Positions 12,447 to 25,170 of a DNA stretch of 64,000 nucleotides are shown piece after piece (the stretch's first letter is position 1; the number at the start of each line of letters is the position of its first letter). The notes beneath the pieces were generated by a model. That model searched no databases. It saw nothing but the letters and a program-made list of their open reading frames with translations, and was not told the origin of the DNA. This DNA comes from Pristiophorus japonicus. Lineage: Eukaryota. Made by a program: the position numbers and the translations under genes. The stretch spans positions 5,580,001-5,644,000 of the forward strand of contig NC_092006.1 in the NCBI RefSeq assembly GCF_044704955.1. Reading direction: 5' to 3'.

Positions 12447-15400
12447 GTGAGTGACCCGTGCTTGGGACCAGCCGAAAACGGGAAACAAGGGGACTGTGTT
12501 TGCGGAGTTGAAAATGTGACCCAGCTTTTGCCCCGATATTTTCGCCCCCTCTCCCTATCTCTGTAACCTCCTTCAGCCCTGCAACCCTCCCTATCTCTGT
12601 AACCTCCTTCAGCCCTGCAACCCTCCCTATCACTGTAACCCCCTCCAGCCCCTCCAACCCTCCCTATCTCTGTAACGCCCTCCAGCCCCTACACCTCTCC
12701 CTATCTCTGTAACCCCCTCCAGCCCCGACACCACTCCCTATCTCTGTAACCCCCTCCAGCCCCTGCAACCCTCCCTATCTCTGTAACCTCCTCCAGCCCT
12801 CCAAACCCCCCGCGATCTCTGCGCTCCCCAATTCTCTTGAACAACGCCAATTGTAATGACTCAACCATCGGTGGCCGTGCCTTCAGCTGCCTGGGCCCCA
12901 AGCTCTGGAACTCCCTCCCTAAACCTCTCCGCCTCTCTCTCCTCCTTTAAGACGCTCCTTAAAACCGACTTCTTTGTCCCAGCTTTTGATCATTACCTAA
13001 TATCTCATTTTGTGACTCGATGTCAAATTTCCGTGAAGCGTCTTGGGACATTCAATTACGTTGAAGGCGCTTTATAAAAGAGATATTTTGTTGTTGATAA
13101 TGTTGGTTTACTTTCAGGTCCTTCTACAAGGCTAAGCAAAGGCAAAGTAGAGAATGGGTCCAATCTGCCATAACTAAAGGCAATAATGCCGCTGGTCTTA
13201 AGTTACAGGCGATGGGTTTGAAAGCGGCCTCTCTCCATCTCTCAAAAATCAACATGAAGAAATTGTATTTATATAGCGCCTTTAATGTAGTGTCCTGGGG
13301 CCAATATTTATCCCTCAACCAACATCGCTAAAACAGATGATTTGGGTCATTATCACATTGCTGTGTGTGGGAGCTTGCTGTGCGCAAATTGGCTGCCGCG
13401 TTTCCCACATTACAACAGTGAGCACACTCCAAAAAACGGGCTTCATTGGCCGTAAAGCGTTTTGAGACGGCCGGTGGTCGTGAAAGGCGCTATATAAATC
13501 CAAGTCTTTCTTTCTTTTTAGTAAAACGCTTCACAGGAGAATTATTTTTAAAAATTTGACCCCGAGCCACATGAGGAGATATTAGGGACAGGTGACCAAA
13601 AGCTGGGTCAAAGAGATCGGTTTGAAGGAGTGTCTTAAAGAAGGAGAGCAAGGCGGAGAGGTTTAGGGAGGGAGTTCCAGAGCTTGGGGCCCAGGCAGCT
13701 GAAGGCACGGCCACCGATGGTGGAGCGATGGAAATCAGGGGATGGGCAAGAGGGCAGAATTGGAGGAGTGCAGAGATCTAGGAGGGTCGTGGGGGCTGAA
13801 GAAGGTTACAGAGTTAGGGAGGGGTGTATGGGTTAGAGGAGGTTAAGAGATAGGGAGGAGTGTAGGGGCTGGAGAGGGTTACAGAGATCGGGAGGGGTGT
13901 AGGGGCTGGAGGGGGGTTACAGAGATAGGGAGGGAAATAGTGGCTGGAGGGGGTTACAGAGATAGGGAACGGTTTAGGGGCTGGTGGAGGTTACAGAGAT
14001 AGGGAGGGGTGTAGGAGCTGGAGGAGGTTACAGAGATAGGGAGGGGTGTAGGGGCTGGAGGAGGTTACAGAGATTGGGAGGAGTGTAGGGGCTGAAGGAG
14101 GTTACAGAGATTGGGAGGGGTGTAGGGGCTGGAGGAGGTTACAGAGATTGGGAGGGGTGTAGGGGCTGGAGGGGGTTACAGAGATAGGAAGGGGTGGAGG
14201 GGCTGGAAGGGATTACAGAGACAGGGAGCGGTTTAGGGGCTGGAGGGGGTTACAGAGATAGGGAGGGGTGTATGGGTTAGAGGAGGTTAAGAGATTGGGA
14301 GGGGTGTAGGGGCTGGAGGAGGTTACAGAGATTGGGAGGGGTGTAGGGGCTGGAGGAGGTTACAGAGATAGGGAGGGGTGCAGGGGCTGGAGGGGGTTAC
14401 AGAGATAGGAAGGGGTGTAAGGGCTGGAGAGGATTACAGAGATAGGAATGGGTGTAAGGGCTGGACAGGATTACAGAAATAGGGAGCGGATTAGGGGCTG
14501 GAGGGGGTTACAGAGATAGGGAGGGGTGTAGGGGCTGGAGGAGATTACAGAGATAGGGAGGGGTGTAGGGGCTGGAGGTTACAGAGATAGGGAAGGGGTG
14601 TAGAACTGGAGGAGGTGACAGATTTCGGGAGGGGGCGCGGCCATGGGGGGGATTTAAACACAAGGATGTGAATTTTGAAATCGGGGCGTTGTTTAACCAG
14701 GAGCCAGTGTGGGTCAGCGAGCACAGGGGGCGATGGGTGAGCGGGACTCGGTGCGAGTTGGGACACAGGTCAGCGAGCACAGGGGGCGATGGGTGAGCGG
14801 GACTGGCTGCGAGTTGGGACACAGGTCGGGGCTGCAGAAGTGTGGGATGAACTGGCATTGAAGGCGCGGGGGTCGGAGTAGACAAACCGTCTCTAATGGG
14901 ACCCCCCCCCCCCATCTGTCCAGTCGCAGGATCTGAACCCTTCACTGTGACGGCGGCAGCCGGGGAGACGGTGGAACTGGAATGCCACCTGGATTACGAA
15001 GTGGATTTCATGGACAGCTACTTCTGGTACAAGCAACTCGTGGGGGAAGCGCCCAAGTTGGTGCATATACCAGCCTGCAGTGGAACCGCCTGCAAGTTTA
15101 CTTCGAAGAGAGGGCGCAACAAATTTATCCTGGTCCTGCAAATCCTGAAAGTGAACACTTCTGACGCCGCGTCCTACTACTGTGCTGCTAGGGATGGCTT
15201 TGCTCCCCTTAGGAACGGTTCCTTGCTGCTGGTTGGAGGTAAGAACAAAGCCCGATTGAATTCATCCCATGCACATGCGATTAAAATTGCATTAGCCAGA
15301 ATTTAACTGTTTCTTTCATCTCCATCCCCACCCAGACAGTTCCACGCCTAAGACCGATGTGCTGGTGTTTGTGACTCCAGGGGAGCCACCTGTGAGGGAA

Positions 15401-18400
15401 ACCATCCCCTTGGTGTGTCTGGTGACCGGCGTGTCCTCCAGGCAAATTGCCATTTACTGGAACGTGTCGGGACAGTTCGTCGCGGGACGGAGCGAGGTCG
15501 GCACCCTGGACCCCAACGGGACCTACAGCATCAGAAGCCACGTGATGGTCGGGGCGGAGATCTGGAGCAACGGAGGGGTCTGCACTTGTATCGTCGAGCT
15601 GGGGTCGCCGGGCAAGTCTTGGACCAAGAGCGTGTCCCGTCCCGAAGCGGCAACAGGTGAGTCATAGAAACATCGAGACATAGAAAATAGGGGCAGGAGC
15701 CGGCCATTCGGCCCTTCGAGCCTGCACCACCATTCAATATGATCATGGCTGATCATGCAACTTCAGTACCCCATTCCTACTTTCTCTCCATACCCCTTGA
15801 TCCCTTTATCCGTAAGGGCCACATCTAACTCCCTTTTGAATATATCCAACGAACTGGCCTCAACAACTGTAGAGAATTCCACAGGTTCACAATTCTCTGA
15901 GTGAAGAAGTTCCTCCTCATCTCGGTCCTAAATGGCTTTCCCCTTATCCTTAGACTGTGACGGGGAGCTCGGTTGCGAAAGTGTAACATCAGTTGGACTG
16001 GTTCTCTTGCCCCTATTATGCAACTCCGCGGGTCAAACACAGAGAGATATCTATCAGCAGAAACAGTGCAGCCAGCCTATTGGGAAATACCTTGAAATAA
16101 GCCCACCCGTCACAGGTCTTGTAAATAATTTCTCTGCTCTCGACTGCCCTTCGATTTCTGCCTGTCACCTTCGAATTATAGACTTACACAGCACAGAATC
16201 AGGGGTCACCCATTTAAGACAGAGATGAGGAGGAATTTCTGCTCTCAGAAGGTTGTAAATCTGTGGAATTCACTGCCTCGGAGAGCTGTGGAAGAACATA
16301 ATAACATAAGAAATAGGAGCAGGAGTCGGCCATTCGGTCCCTCGAGCCTGCTCCGCCATTTAATACGATCATGGCTGATCCGATCATGGACTCAGGTCCA
16401 CTTCCCTGCCCGCCCCCTTAATCCCTTATCGATTAAGAAACTGTCTATCTCCGTCTTAAATATATTCAATGTCCCGGCTCTCTGAGGCAGCGAATTCCAC
16501 AGATTTACAACCCTCTGAGAGAAGAAATTTCTCCTCATTTCAGTTTTAAATGGATGGCCCCTTATTCTAAGATTATGCCCCTTAGTTCTAGTCTCCCCCA
16601 TCAGTGGGGATCATTGAATAAATTTAAGACAGAGAGAGACAGTTTCTTAGCCGATAAGGGACTAAGGGGGCGGGCAGGGAAGTGGAGCTGAGTCCATGAT
16701 CGGATCAGCCATGATCGTATTAAATGGTGGAGCAGGCTCGAGGGGCCGAATGGCCGACTCCTGCTCCTATTTCTTATGTTCTCATGTATATTCTATATCG
16801 GGAGAAACAATGCAGTCTGTCTGTTAAAAAATATGTTGAAATAAGCTATGGTCACCCTCCAAACCAGGTCTTTTAAATATTTTCTCTGCTCTTGACTGCC
16901 CTTCGATTTCGGCGTGTCATCTTAGAATTATCGAATACAGCACAGGAGTCGGCCATTCGGCCCCTCGAGCCTGCTCCATCATTCAATAAGATCACGGCTG
17001 ATCTTCGACCTCAACTCCACAATCCTGCACTGTCCCCACTTGGTTCCCCTCGAGTCCAAAAATCTATTACTCCCTGTCTCAACGACTGAGCCTCCATAGC
17101 CCTCTGGGGCAGAGAATTCCAAAGATTCACCACCCTCTGAGTGAAGAAATTCCTCCGCATCTCAGTCCTAAATGGCCGACCCCTTATCCTGAGACTGTGC
17201 CCCCTGGTTCTAGACTCCCCAGCCCGGGGGGAAAAACCCTCCCTGCATCTACCCTGTCGAGCCCTGTCAGAATGTTGTATGTTTCAATGAGATCACCTCT
17301 CATTCTTCCAAGCTAGGAGTTTACAACATAGAAACATAGAAATTTACAGCGCAGAAGGAGGCCATTTCAGCCCATCGTATCCACACCAGCCGACAAAGAG
17401 CCACACAGGCCTCGGTCAGCAGCCCTGAAGGTTACATATAAACCTACGAACGATGAACAATGACGGAAAGGCAAAGAGCACCCAGCCCAACCAGTCCGCC
17501 CCACACAACTGCGACACCCCTTACACCGAAACATTCTACACTCCACCCCAACCATTGTCCAATTAGCCCCATTCCCCCAACCTATTCCCCACAGTCCTGC
17601 AAAGTGTCACTCTCCAAGTATTTATCAAATTCCCTTTTGAAAGTTATTAATGAATCTGCTTCTACTGCCCGGCAGCGCGTCTTGGAATAATTTTAAGATT
17701 AAAATCTATTTTAATTTTAATTTTGACTTGTGGATATCTGCAAATCAGACATATTACCCTCGGGTTGTGACGCTTCAGCGAAATCGGGTTATCGTTCCAG
17801 TTTAAGGATAAGGGGTAAGCCATTTAGGACCGAGATGAGGAGAAACTTCTTCACCCAGAGAGTGGTGAACCTGTGGAATTCTCTACCACAGGAAGTTGTT
17901 GAGGCCAGTTCGTTGGATATATTCAAAAGGGCATTAGATGTGGCTCTTCCGGCTAAAGGGATCAAGGGTTATGCAGAGAAAGCAGGAATGGGGTACTGAA
18001 GTTGCGTGATCAGCCATGATCTTATTGAATGGTGGTGCAGGCTCGAAGGGCCGAATGGCCTGCTCCTGCACGTATTTTCTATGTTTCTATGTTTACAGCT
18101 CATAAAAAATAAGGGTGGATGTACATAAATCTTTGAAGGTGACAGAACAAATTGAAATGGTTGTTAATAATACATACAGAATCCTTGGGTTTATTAATAG
18201 ACTACAGAAGCAAGGAAGTTATGCCAGACGTATATAAAGACAACAGTTGGGTCACCGCTGGAGTACTGTGTCCAATTCTGGGCACTGCACTCTAGGAATG
18301 ATGTCAAGGCCGTGGAGAGGGCGTGGAGGAGATTTACGGGAATGGTCCTGCACTGGTACGCTCGCGGCCTTCCGCGAGAGGTGGGCACCGGAGGGACTGG

Positions 18401-21400
18401 AGTGCATCATCACCCCCCCGCCCCCGGCAGACAAATTTTCATTTGAATTCAGTTGATGGCCAAAACCGAATTTGTTTTCTTGTCGATTTTAGTGCCCCCT
18501 CTAATAAGGGGGCATTTGATTTTCGATTGACGGTTTCAACTAAAATAGTTGCAGACCTGTTGATTGCGTCCTTAAAAAAGAAGGCACTTGATTTGAAAGT
18601 TTTACGCAAAATAGTTGAGGGACTTCAGTGAGGTGGAGAGACTTGAGAAACTGGGATTGTTCTCCTCAGGAGAAACTTCTTTACCCAGAGAGCGGTGAGA
18701 ATGTGGAACTCGCTGCCACAGGGAGGGGTTGAGGCTAATAGTATCGATGTATTTAAGGGGAGGCTGGATAAACACATGAGGGAGAAGGGAATAGAGGGAT
18801 ATGCTGATAGATTTAGATGAGGAAAGACGGCAGGAGGCTCGAGTGGGGCATAAACACCGGCACGGACTGGTTGGGCCCAATGGCCTGTTTCTGTTCCATA
18901 TTGAGTAGACTGGGTCTTTACTCGTTGGAGTTCAGAAGGATGAGGGGTGATCTTATAGAAACATTTAAAATAATGAAAGGGAAAGACAAGATAGAGGCAG
19001 AGAGGTTGTTTCCACTGGTCGGGGAGACTAGAACTAGGGGGCACAGCCTCAAAATACGGGGGAGCCAATTTAAAACCGAGTTGAGAAGGAATTTCTTCTC
19101 CCAGAGGGTTGTGAATCTGTGGAATTCTCTGCCCAAGGAAGCAGTTGAGGCTAGTTCATTGAATGTATACATACAGAATCCTTGGGTTTATTAATAGACT
19201 ACAGAAGCAAGGAAGTTATGCCAGACGTATATAAAGACAACAGTTGAGTGAGAATGGTCTGCTCCTGCACCTATTTTCTATGTTTCTATATAATCCTGTG
19301 TAATAGTGCAACTTATTCCATTGGCGAGCATTCACTCGTCCAATATTGGTCGCGTTGGTTGGTTTGTGGTTTCAAGTCACAGATAGATAGATTTTTAACC
19401 AATAAGGGAATTAAGGGTTACGGGGAGCGGGCGGGTAAGTGGACCTGAGTCCACGGCCAGGTCAGCCATGATCTTGTTGAATGGCGGAACAGGCTCGAGG
19501 GGCTAGATGGCCTACTCCTGTTCCTAATTCTTATGTTCTTATGTTCTTATGTTCTTAGATCCGATGTAATCCTGTGTAATAGTGCAACTTATTCCGTGCT
19601 TGCTATTGAGGGAGTGCAGCGAAGGTTCATCAGTATGATTCCCGGGACGGCAGGACTGACATATGAGGAGAGACTGGATCGACTGGGCTTATATTCCCTG
19701 GAATTTAGAAGAATGAGAGGGGATCTCATAGAAACATATCAAATTCTGACGGGACTGGACAGGTTAGATGCAGGAAGAATGTTCCCGATGTTGAGGGAAG
19801 TCCAGAACCAGGGGTTACAGTCTAAGGATAAGGGGTAAGCCATTTAGGACCGAGATGAGGAGAAACTTCTTCACTCAGAGAATAGTGAACCTGTGGAATT
19901 CTCTACCACAAAGAGTTGTTGAGGCCAGTTCGTTAGATATGTTCAAAAGGGAGTTAGATGTGGCCCTCATGGCTAAAGGGATCAAGGAGTATGGAGAGAA
20001 AGCAGGAAAGGGGTACTGAGGGAATGATCAGCCATGATCTTATTGAATGGTGGTGCAGGCTCGAAGGGCTGAATGACCTGCTCCTGCACCTATTTTCTAT
20101 GTTTCTATATAATCCTGTGTAATAGTGCAACTTATTCCATTGGCGAGCATTCACTCGTCCAATATTGGTCGCGTTGGCTGGTTTGTGGTTTCACAGCCCG
20201 CGTTGGATGCGCCTAAATTGTAACTGGGTCGCGTTTCTCACAAGTGAGTCGCAGAAAGAGTGGCTTGACCTAGCAACATTTTCTAAGTGTCCTGTCTTTG
20301 CAGACTGGTGTACACCGATCCTTCCGTTTGCAATTCGTGTCTCGGCGATCTTGGTTCTAGTACTGATCCTTATTATTCTGTGTCATCATAACTGCGGCAG
20401 ACGAGGTGAGTGTTTATATCCGTCAAAAATATCTTTTATAAATGCTTGTTCAACGTGAGTCCCTTCTCGTATCTTTCGATACTAATTTACAGTGAACTGT
20501 TTCAGAAGGACGAGACAAGAGGCCCCGCCAGGAAAGGTGAGTAATTGAACTATTTGCAAAGTTGATCAATGAGAGTCTCGCTGGGTTTAACACCGCGTCA
20601 GAACCAGTTTAACCCCAACTCTGATTCCAGTGCCAGATATTATTTGTGTTTTCCACGTTCTTTTTGAGTATGGTTCCAAGACCATTCCACAACTCTGTTC
20701 TCGGTATTTACGGCACGTGGCCACGGATTCACAGGAGGTAGAAAAGTAAAATACTGCGGATGCGAGCAATGTGACAGATACAGAGTTACAGACAGAGAGA
20801 GAGAGACAGACAGAGTCAGACAGACAGAGACAGCGACACAGAGAGAGAGGCAGAGAGATAGAGAGACAGACAGAGAGAGACAGGGACAGGCAGAGACAGC
20901 GACACAGAGAGAGAGAGAGAGACAGCGACAGAGAGAGAGAGAGAGGCAGAGATTGAGAGCGAGAGAGAGAGACAGAGACAGCGACGGAACAAGTTAGAGA
21001 TGTAACCGGGTTTAAGCTCCACTTTCTCTGTACTTGCTGGAAACATTTTTCCTACATTAAAACAATGACTACACTTCAAAAAAGTATGCCATTGGCTGTA
21101 AAGTGCTTTGGGAGCCCAGTGGTCGCTACAGAAACGCCAGTCTGTCTTTGTTTCATTTCTGTTTTATCTCTAACGTTCTCTCGAAGGGTAACAGACCTGA
21201 AAGGTTAACTCAGTTTCTCTCCACAAATGCTGCCTGACCCGCTGAGCATCACAAGAAGTAATGTTTGTCTCCTGTTTCTGTTCCCACACGGTTTCAGCTC
21301 CAGAGGGACAGTGAACAGAGCAGGAGGAGGTGAACCACACTTGGATGAGTTGGATTGAAATGTTGGCGCAAATAGAACGTCAAATGCAGGATATTTCAAA

Positions 21401-22211
21401 ATTCAATTGGGTCATTGCCCGCCTTCAAAATATTCTCCTGTCTGCCGGACATCCAGAAAGGCTAATTACTGCTTAGTCATGCCAATTAATAATGTATCAG
21501 ATTGTTAAATAATGTATCGGGTGGACAGTAGACACCGGGGGTAGATCGTCCGTGCCCATCTATTGGTGTATTGGACCATTGGTGTATTGGACCATTGGTG
21601 TATTGAACCATTGGTTTATTGCACCATTGGTTTATTGGACCATTGGTGTATTGCACCATTGGTGTATTGGACCATCAGTGTATTGGGGGAACATTGGTGT
21701 ATTAATGGACCATTGGTTTATTGGGGGTCATAGGCTTAATGATGGACTATTGGCGCTCAGTGCCTCTATAATTTATTATAAATGAGCCGGACTTGACAAT
21801 AATTAAATTCAAATTCTTAACTATTTATACACAGTTGACACCCATCAAATGGAGGCAAGGCAGACACATCAGGGTACAAGACATGTAAGTAAATTCATTG
21901 ACCCTGTTGCAATAATATACAGGAACTTGCCGATTTTCTGGGTATCGCATGCAAATAATTGGCTTGTCTCTTTCAAAGAGCAGGCACGGGCACGATGGGC
22001 CGAATGGCCTATGCCTGTGCTGTATCGTGCTACGATTCCTTGAAACGCGATTGCGGGACGGGATAGTTTGAGCTGCCTTTCGAATAACTTGGAACTTGTC
22101 GATATTTAACGTGTGTTCCTGTCTCAGGGCGCCCCGCAAGACCAGACTTTCTACGCCTCTCTGCAATTCAAAGCCGCGGAAAAGTCATCAAGAAAGAAGG
22201 CGGGTCGCTGA
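12389..22211 (+). CDS. Gene A: non-rearranging VJ-C1-TM-ITIM-like IgSF receptor; join(12389..12446,14924..15238,15336..15656,20304..20405,20493..20536,22128..22211), 307 aa
   Basis: All junctions GT-AG and phase-consistent (1,1,1,1,0); total 924 nt ending in TGA at 22209-22211; AATAAA at 22752. Domain order: leader, V+J, C1, TM, tail with TFYASL. Confidence 0.85.
12545..13080 (+). mobile_element. L2-type LINE 3' end with ~37-bp repeat array
   Basis: GGRAFSC..P.LWNSLP-type tail; inverse copy at 13520-14700. Confidence 0.65.
13790..14630 (+). repeat. 37-bp G-rich minisatellite (GGAGGGGTGTAGGGGCTGGAGGAGGTTACAGAGATAG) inside an L2-type remnant, gene A intron 1
   Basis: More than 20 degenerate tandem copies. 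Confidence 0.9.
14924..15238 (+). CDS. Gene A exon 2, V-set domain with in-exon J-like segment
   Basis: ctgtccag| acceptor (alternative in-frame acceptor at 14930); GETVELEC...WYKQ...DAASYYC...LRNGSLLLVG; donor GGAG|gtaaga. Confidence 0.93.
15336..15656 (+). CDS. Gene A exon 3, C1-set Ig domain
   Basis: cccag| acceptor; LVCLVTG..IYW..DPNGTYSIRSH..W..VCTC..V; donor ACAG|gtgagt; phase 1-1. Confidence 0.93.
15665..20109. mobile_element. Cluster of CR1 fragments on both strands in gene A intron 3
   Basis: Repeated [15 protein letters not shown] ORFs and CR1 tails. Confidence 0.85.
20304..20405 (+). CDS. Gene A exon 4, stalk and transmembrane (DWCTPILPFAIRVSAILVLVLILIILCHHNCGRR)
   Basis: tctttgcag| acceptor, GAG|gtgagt donor, 102 nt, phase 1-1, hydrophobic helix followed by basic residues. 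Confidence 0.88.
20493..20536 (+). CDS. Gene A exon 5, short cytoplasmic exon (VNCFRRTRQEAPPGK)
   Basis: ctaatttacag| acceptor with branch-like CTAAT; AAG|gtgagt donor; 44 nt, phase 1 to 0. Confidence 0.75.
21560..21722 (+). repeat. ~16-bp tandem repeat (CCATTGGTGTATTGGA variants)
   Basis: Directly visible. Confidence 0.8.
22128..22211 (+). CDS. Gene A terminal exon (GAPQDQTFYASLQFKAAEKSSRKKAGR*)
   Basis: ttcctgtctcag| acceptor; phase 0 gives the TFYASL motif, paralleling TLYAQL in genes B and C. Confidence 0.8.
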   Translation, partial: GAPQDQTFYASLQFKAAEKSSRKKAGR

Positions 22212-22374
22212 TGAGAACCCCGGAGGGGTTTCTAGCCGGTGGACGAGGGAGGAGACGGAACTCGCAAAGAAGAATGCCCAGCCCGGCGGAGATAAGACTG
22301 AAGCCACAGAGACTCCAATCAAACATCCGGGGGCTGGGCTTTGCACTTCACATCGCTGGCCTAGTGCCCATATA

Positions 22375-22525
22375 TCACCCAAAATGCCCTGCTATCGCCC
22401 ATTTCACTTCGCTGACCTATCGGCGAGTGGAAAATCGCGATACAAAAAATGGGCGATGTTCCAGCGATCAGTAAGGCTGACACATTGACCATCGCTGGAA
22501 CATCGTTCATTTTTTGGGCGATAGT
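22375..22525. mobile_element. Palindromic MITE-like remnant in the gene A 3' UTR
   Basis: Inverted repeat aaaatgggcgatgttccagcgat / atcgctggaacatcgttcatttt; terminal tatcacccaaaa / ttttgggcgata. Confidence 0.45.
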
Positions 22526-22904
22526 CTAGCCTACCTCCCTGTGTTCGGAAGGGTTTGCAAACACTCTTTCTGTTGAATGTAAAAGACCCGTGCTTTGAGT
22601 ATTGTAAAGATGTCCCACTGTATTAGTGAGACCACCATTTAGACCAGGGTCTTCTCAGTTTCCTGATTCTCTGAATCTTTTTCTGCTGACCCTGTAATTC
22701 CAGTCAGTAACAAGATTGGGGTTTATTTTTTGTCGCAAATGCTTGAATATAAATAAAATAAATGATCCTTTGACTGTAATGATGCACAGGAGGTTCCTAT
22801 CGTTCAATGCTTCACTTACAATTAAATGTCATCTGGATAAAACTTCGCTGGCTCTGAGCTGCCAATATCAGTCCTGAATTGAAAGAGTGTTAGTGGCGAT
22901 ATTC

Positions 22905-25170
22905 ATAGAAACATAGAAAATAGGTGCAGGAGTAGGCCATTCGGCCCTTGTAGCCTGCACCGCCATTCAATGAGTTCATGGCTGAACATGCAACTTCAGT
23001 ACCCCATTTCTGCTTTCTCGCCATACCCCTTGATCCCCCTAGTAGTAAGGACTACATCTAACTCCTTTTAGAATATATTTAGTGAATTGGCCTCAACAAC
23101 TTTCTGTGGTAGAGAATTCCAAAAGTTCACCACTCTCTGGGTGAAGAAGTTTCTCCTCATCTCGGTCCTAAATGGCTTACCCCTTATTCTTAGGCTGTGA
23201 CCCCTGGTTCTGGACTTCCCCAACATTGGGAACATTTTTCCTGCATCTAACTTGTCTGAACCCATCAGAATTTTAAACGTTTCTATGAGGTCCCCTCTCA
23301 TTCTTCTGAACTCCAGTGAATACAAGCCCAGTTGATCCAGTCTTTCTTGATGGGTCAATCCCGCCATCCCGGGAATCAGTCTGGTGAACCTTCGCTGCAC
23401 TCCCTCAATAGCAAGAATGTCCTTCCTCAAGTTAGGAGACCAAAACTGAACACAATACTCCAGGTGTGGCCTCACCAAGGCCCTGTACAAATGTAGCAAC
23501 ACCTCCCTGCCCCTGTACTCAAATCCCCTCGCTATTCACTGTCTGAGGCCGCGATAGGCTTAATCGCTTACAGACTAACAACAGGAGAGAAACGAGGGCA
23601 GAGATGCAAGGAATTTATCCATTTTACCTTTGGCTTGTGTGTTTTGGTATGTGTAGTAATTATAGAATGGTTACAGCACAGAGGAAGGCCATTTGGTCCA
23701 TCGCGTCCGTGCCGACTCTGAACAAGTCCAACTCACCCCCTCGTCCTTTCCCCGTAGCCCTGCAAAATTCTTTCCTTCAGATACTTACCCAACTCCCTTT
23801 TGAAAGCCCCGATTGAGTCTGCCTCCACCACCCTCTCAGGCAGCGCTTTCCAGATCCCAACCACTCGCTGCGTAAAAACGTTTTTACTCACGTCGCCTTT
23901 GGTTCGTCTACCAATCGCCTTCAATCTGTGTCCTCTGGTTCTCCACCCTTCCACCAATGGGAACAGTTTCTCTCGATCTACTCGGTCCAGACCACCCATG
24001 ATTTTGAACATCTCGATCAAATCTCCTCTCAATCGTTTCTGCCCCACGGACAACAACCCCGGTTTCTCCAGTCTCGCCCCGTCACTGAAGTCCCTCATTC
24101 CTGGAAGCATTCTCGTAAATCCTTCCTGCACCCTCTCCAAGGCCTTCACATCCTTCCCACAGTGCGGTGCCCAGAATTGGACACAATGCTCCAGTTGGGG
24201 GACAAACAGATAACTTCCACACTTTTCCACTCTACACCTCAACTTATGGACCCAGATACCCGTCAGCCTTTGTAACTGCTTTCTCAACCTTGCTAGAACG
24301 ACTGTCCGAGACAGATGAGTGAGTGTAGCATGGCTTAGGAGGACTGGATGACTTTCGACCTGTGGTCCCCAAAGCTCTCCATAACTGGGGGCTTTGCTCA
24401 AGTCAGGTCTGGGTCTGTTGTAGACTAATGGGTTGCGATGGTTTACCATTATCATTGGATCTCGCGACCACCAGGATGGTAGAAGGCGAGCAAGATAATA
24501 TTTATCTTTCTCTTTCCCTTGGCAACTAGTGATGATTCCAACATTCACACCCCATCTAGACTCAGCTTTACTTTCCTATCTTATACCATTACCATCTCAA
24601 TTCGGCCCATTGTCCCCTTTTGCCTCTCTAATCTCTCTTGCCTTCCTCCCGGTCACAGACCTTCCCGTTTGTTCTATCATAAGAACATAAGAACATAACA
24701 TAAGAACATAAGAATTAGGAAAAGGAGTAGGCCATCTAGCCCCTCGAGCCTGCTCCGCCATTCAACAAGATCATGGCTGATCTGGCCATGGACTCAGCTC
24801 CACTTACCTGCCCGCTCCCCGTAACCCTTAATTCCCTTATTGGTTAAAAATCTATCTATCTGTGACTTGAATACATTCAATGAGCTAGCCTCAACTGCTT
24901 CCTTGGGCAGAGAATGCCACAGATTCACAACCCTCTGGGAGAAGAAATTCCTTCTCAACTCGGTTTTAAATTGGCTCCCCCGTATTTTGAGGCTGTGCCC
25001 CCTAGTTCTAGTCTCCCCGACCAGTGGAAACAACCTCTCTGCCTCTATCTTGTCTATCCCTTTCATTATTTTAAATGTTTCTATAAGATCACCCCTCATC
25101 CTTCTGAACTCCAACGAGTAAAGACCCAGTCTACTCAATCTATCACATTAAGGTAACCCCCTCATCTCTG
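22905..25170 (-). mobile_element. Three CR1 3' fragments (22905-23535, 23660-24200, 24680-25170)
   Basis: ORFs 23068..23502, 23733..24548 and 24794..25138. Confidence 0.88.

Noticed and set aside
21298-21329. Possible extra 32-nt cytoplasmic exon of gene A (tttcag|CTCCAG...GGAG|gtgaac)
   Set aside because: Inclusion shifts the terminal exon out of the TFYASL frame, the donor is weak, and read-through stops at once. It could be a minor isoform but is not supportable here.
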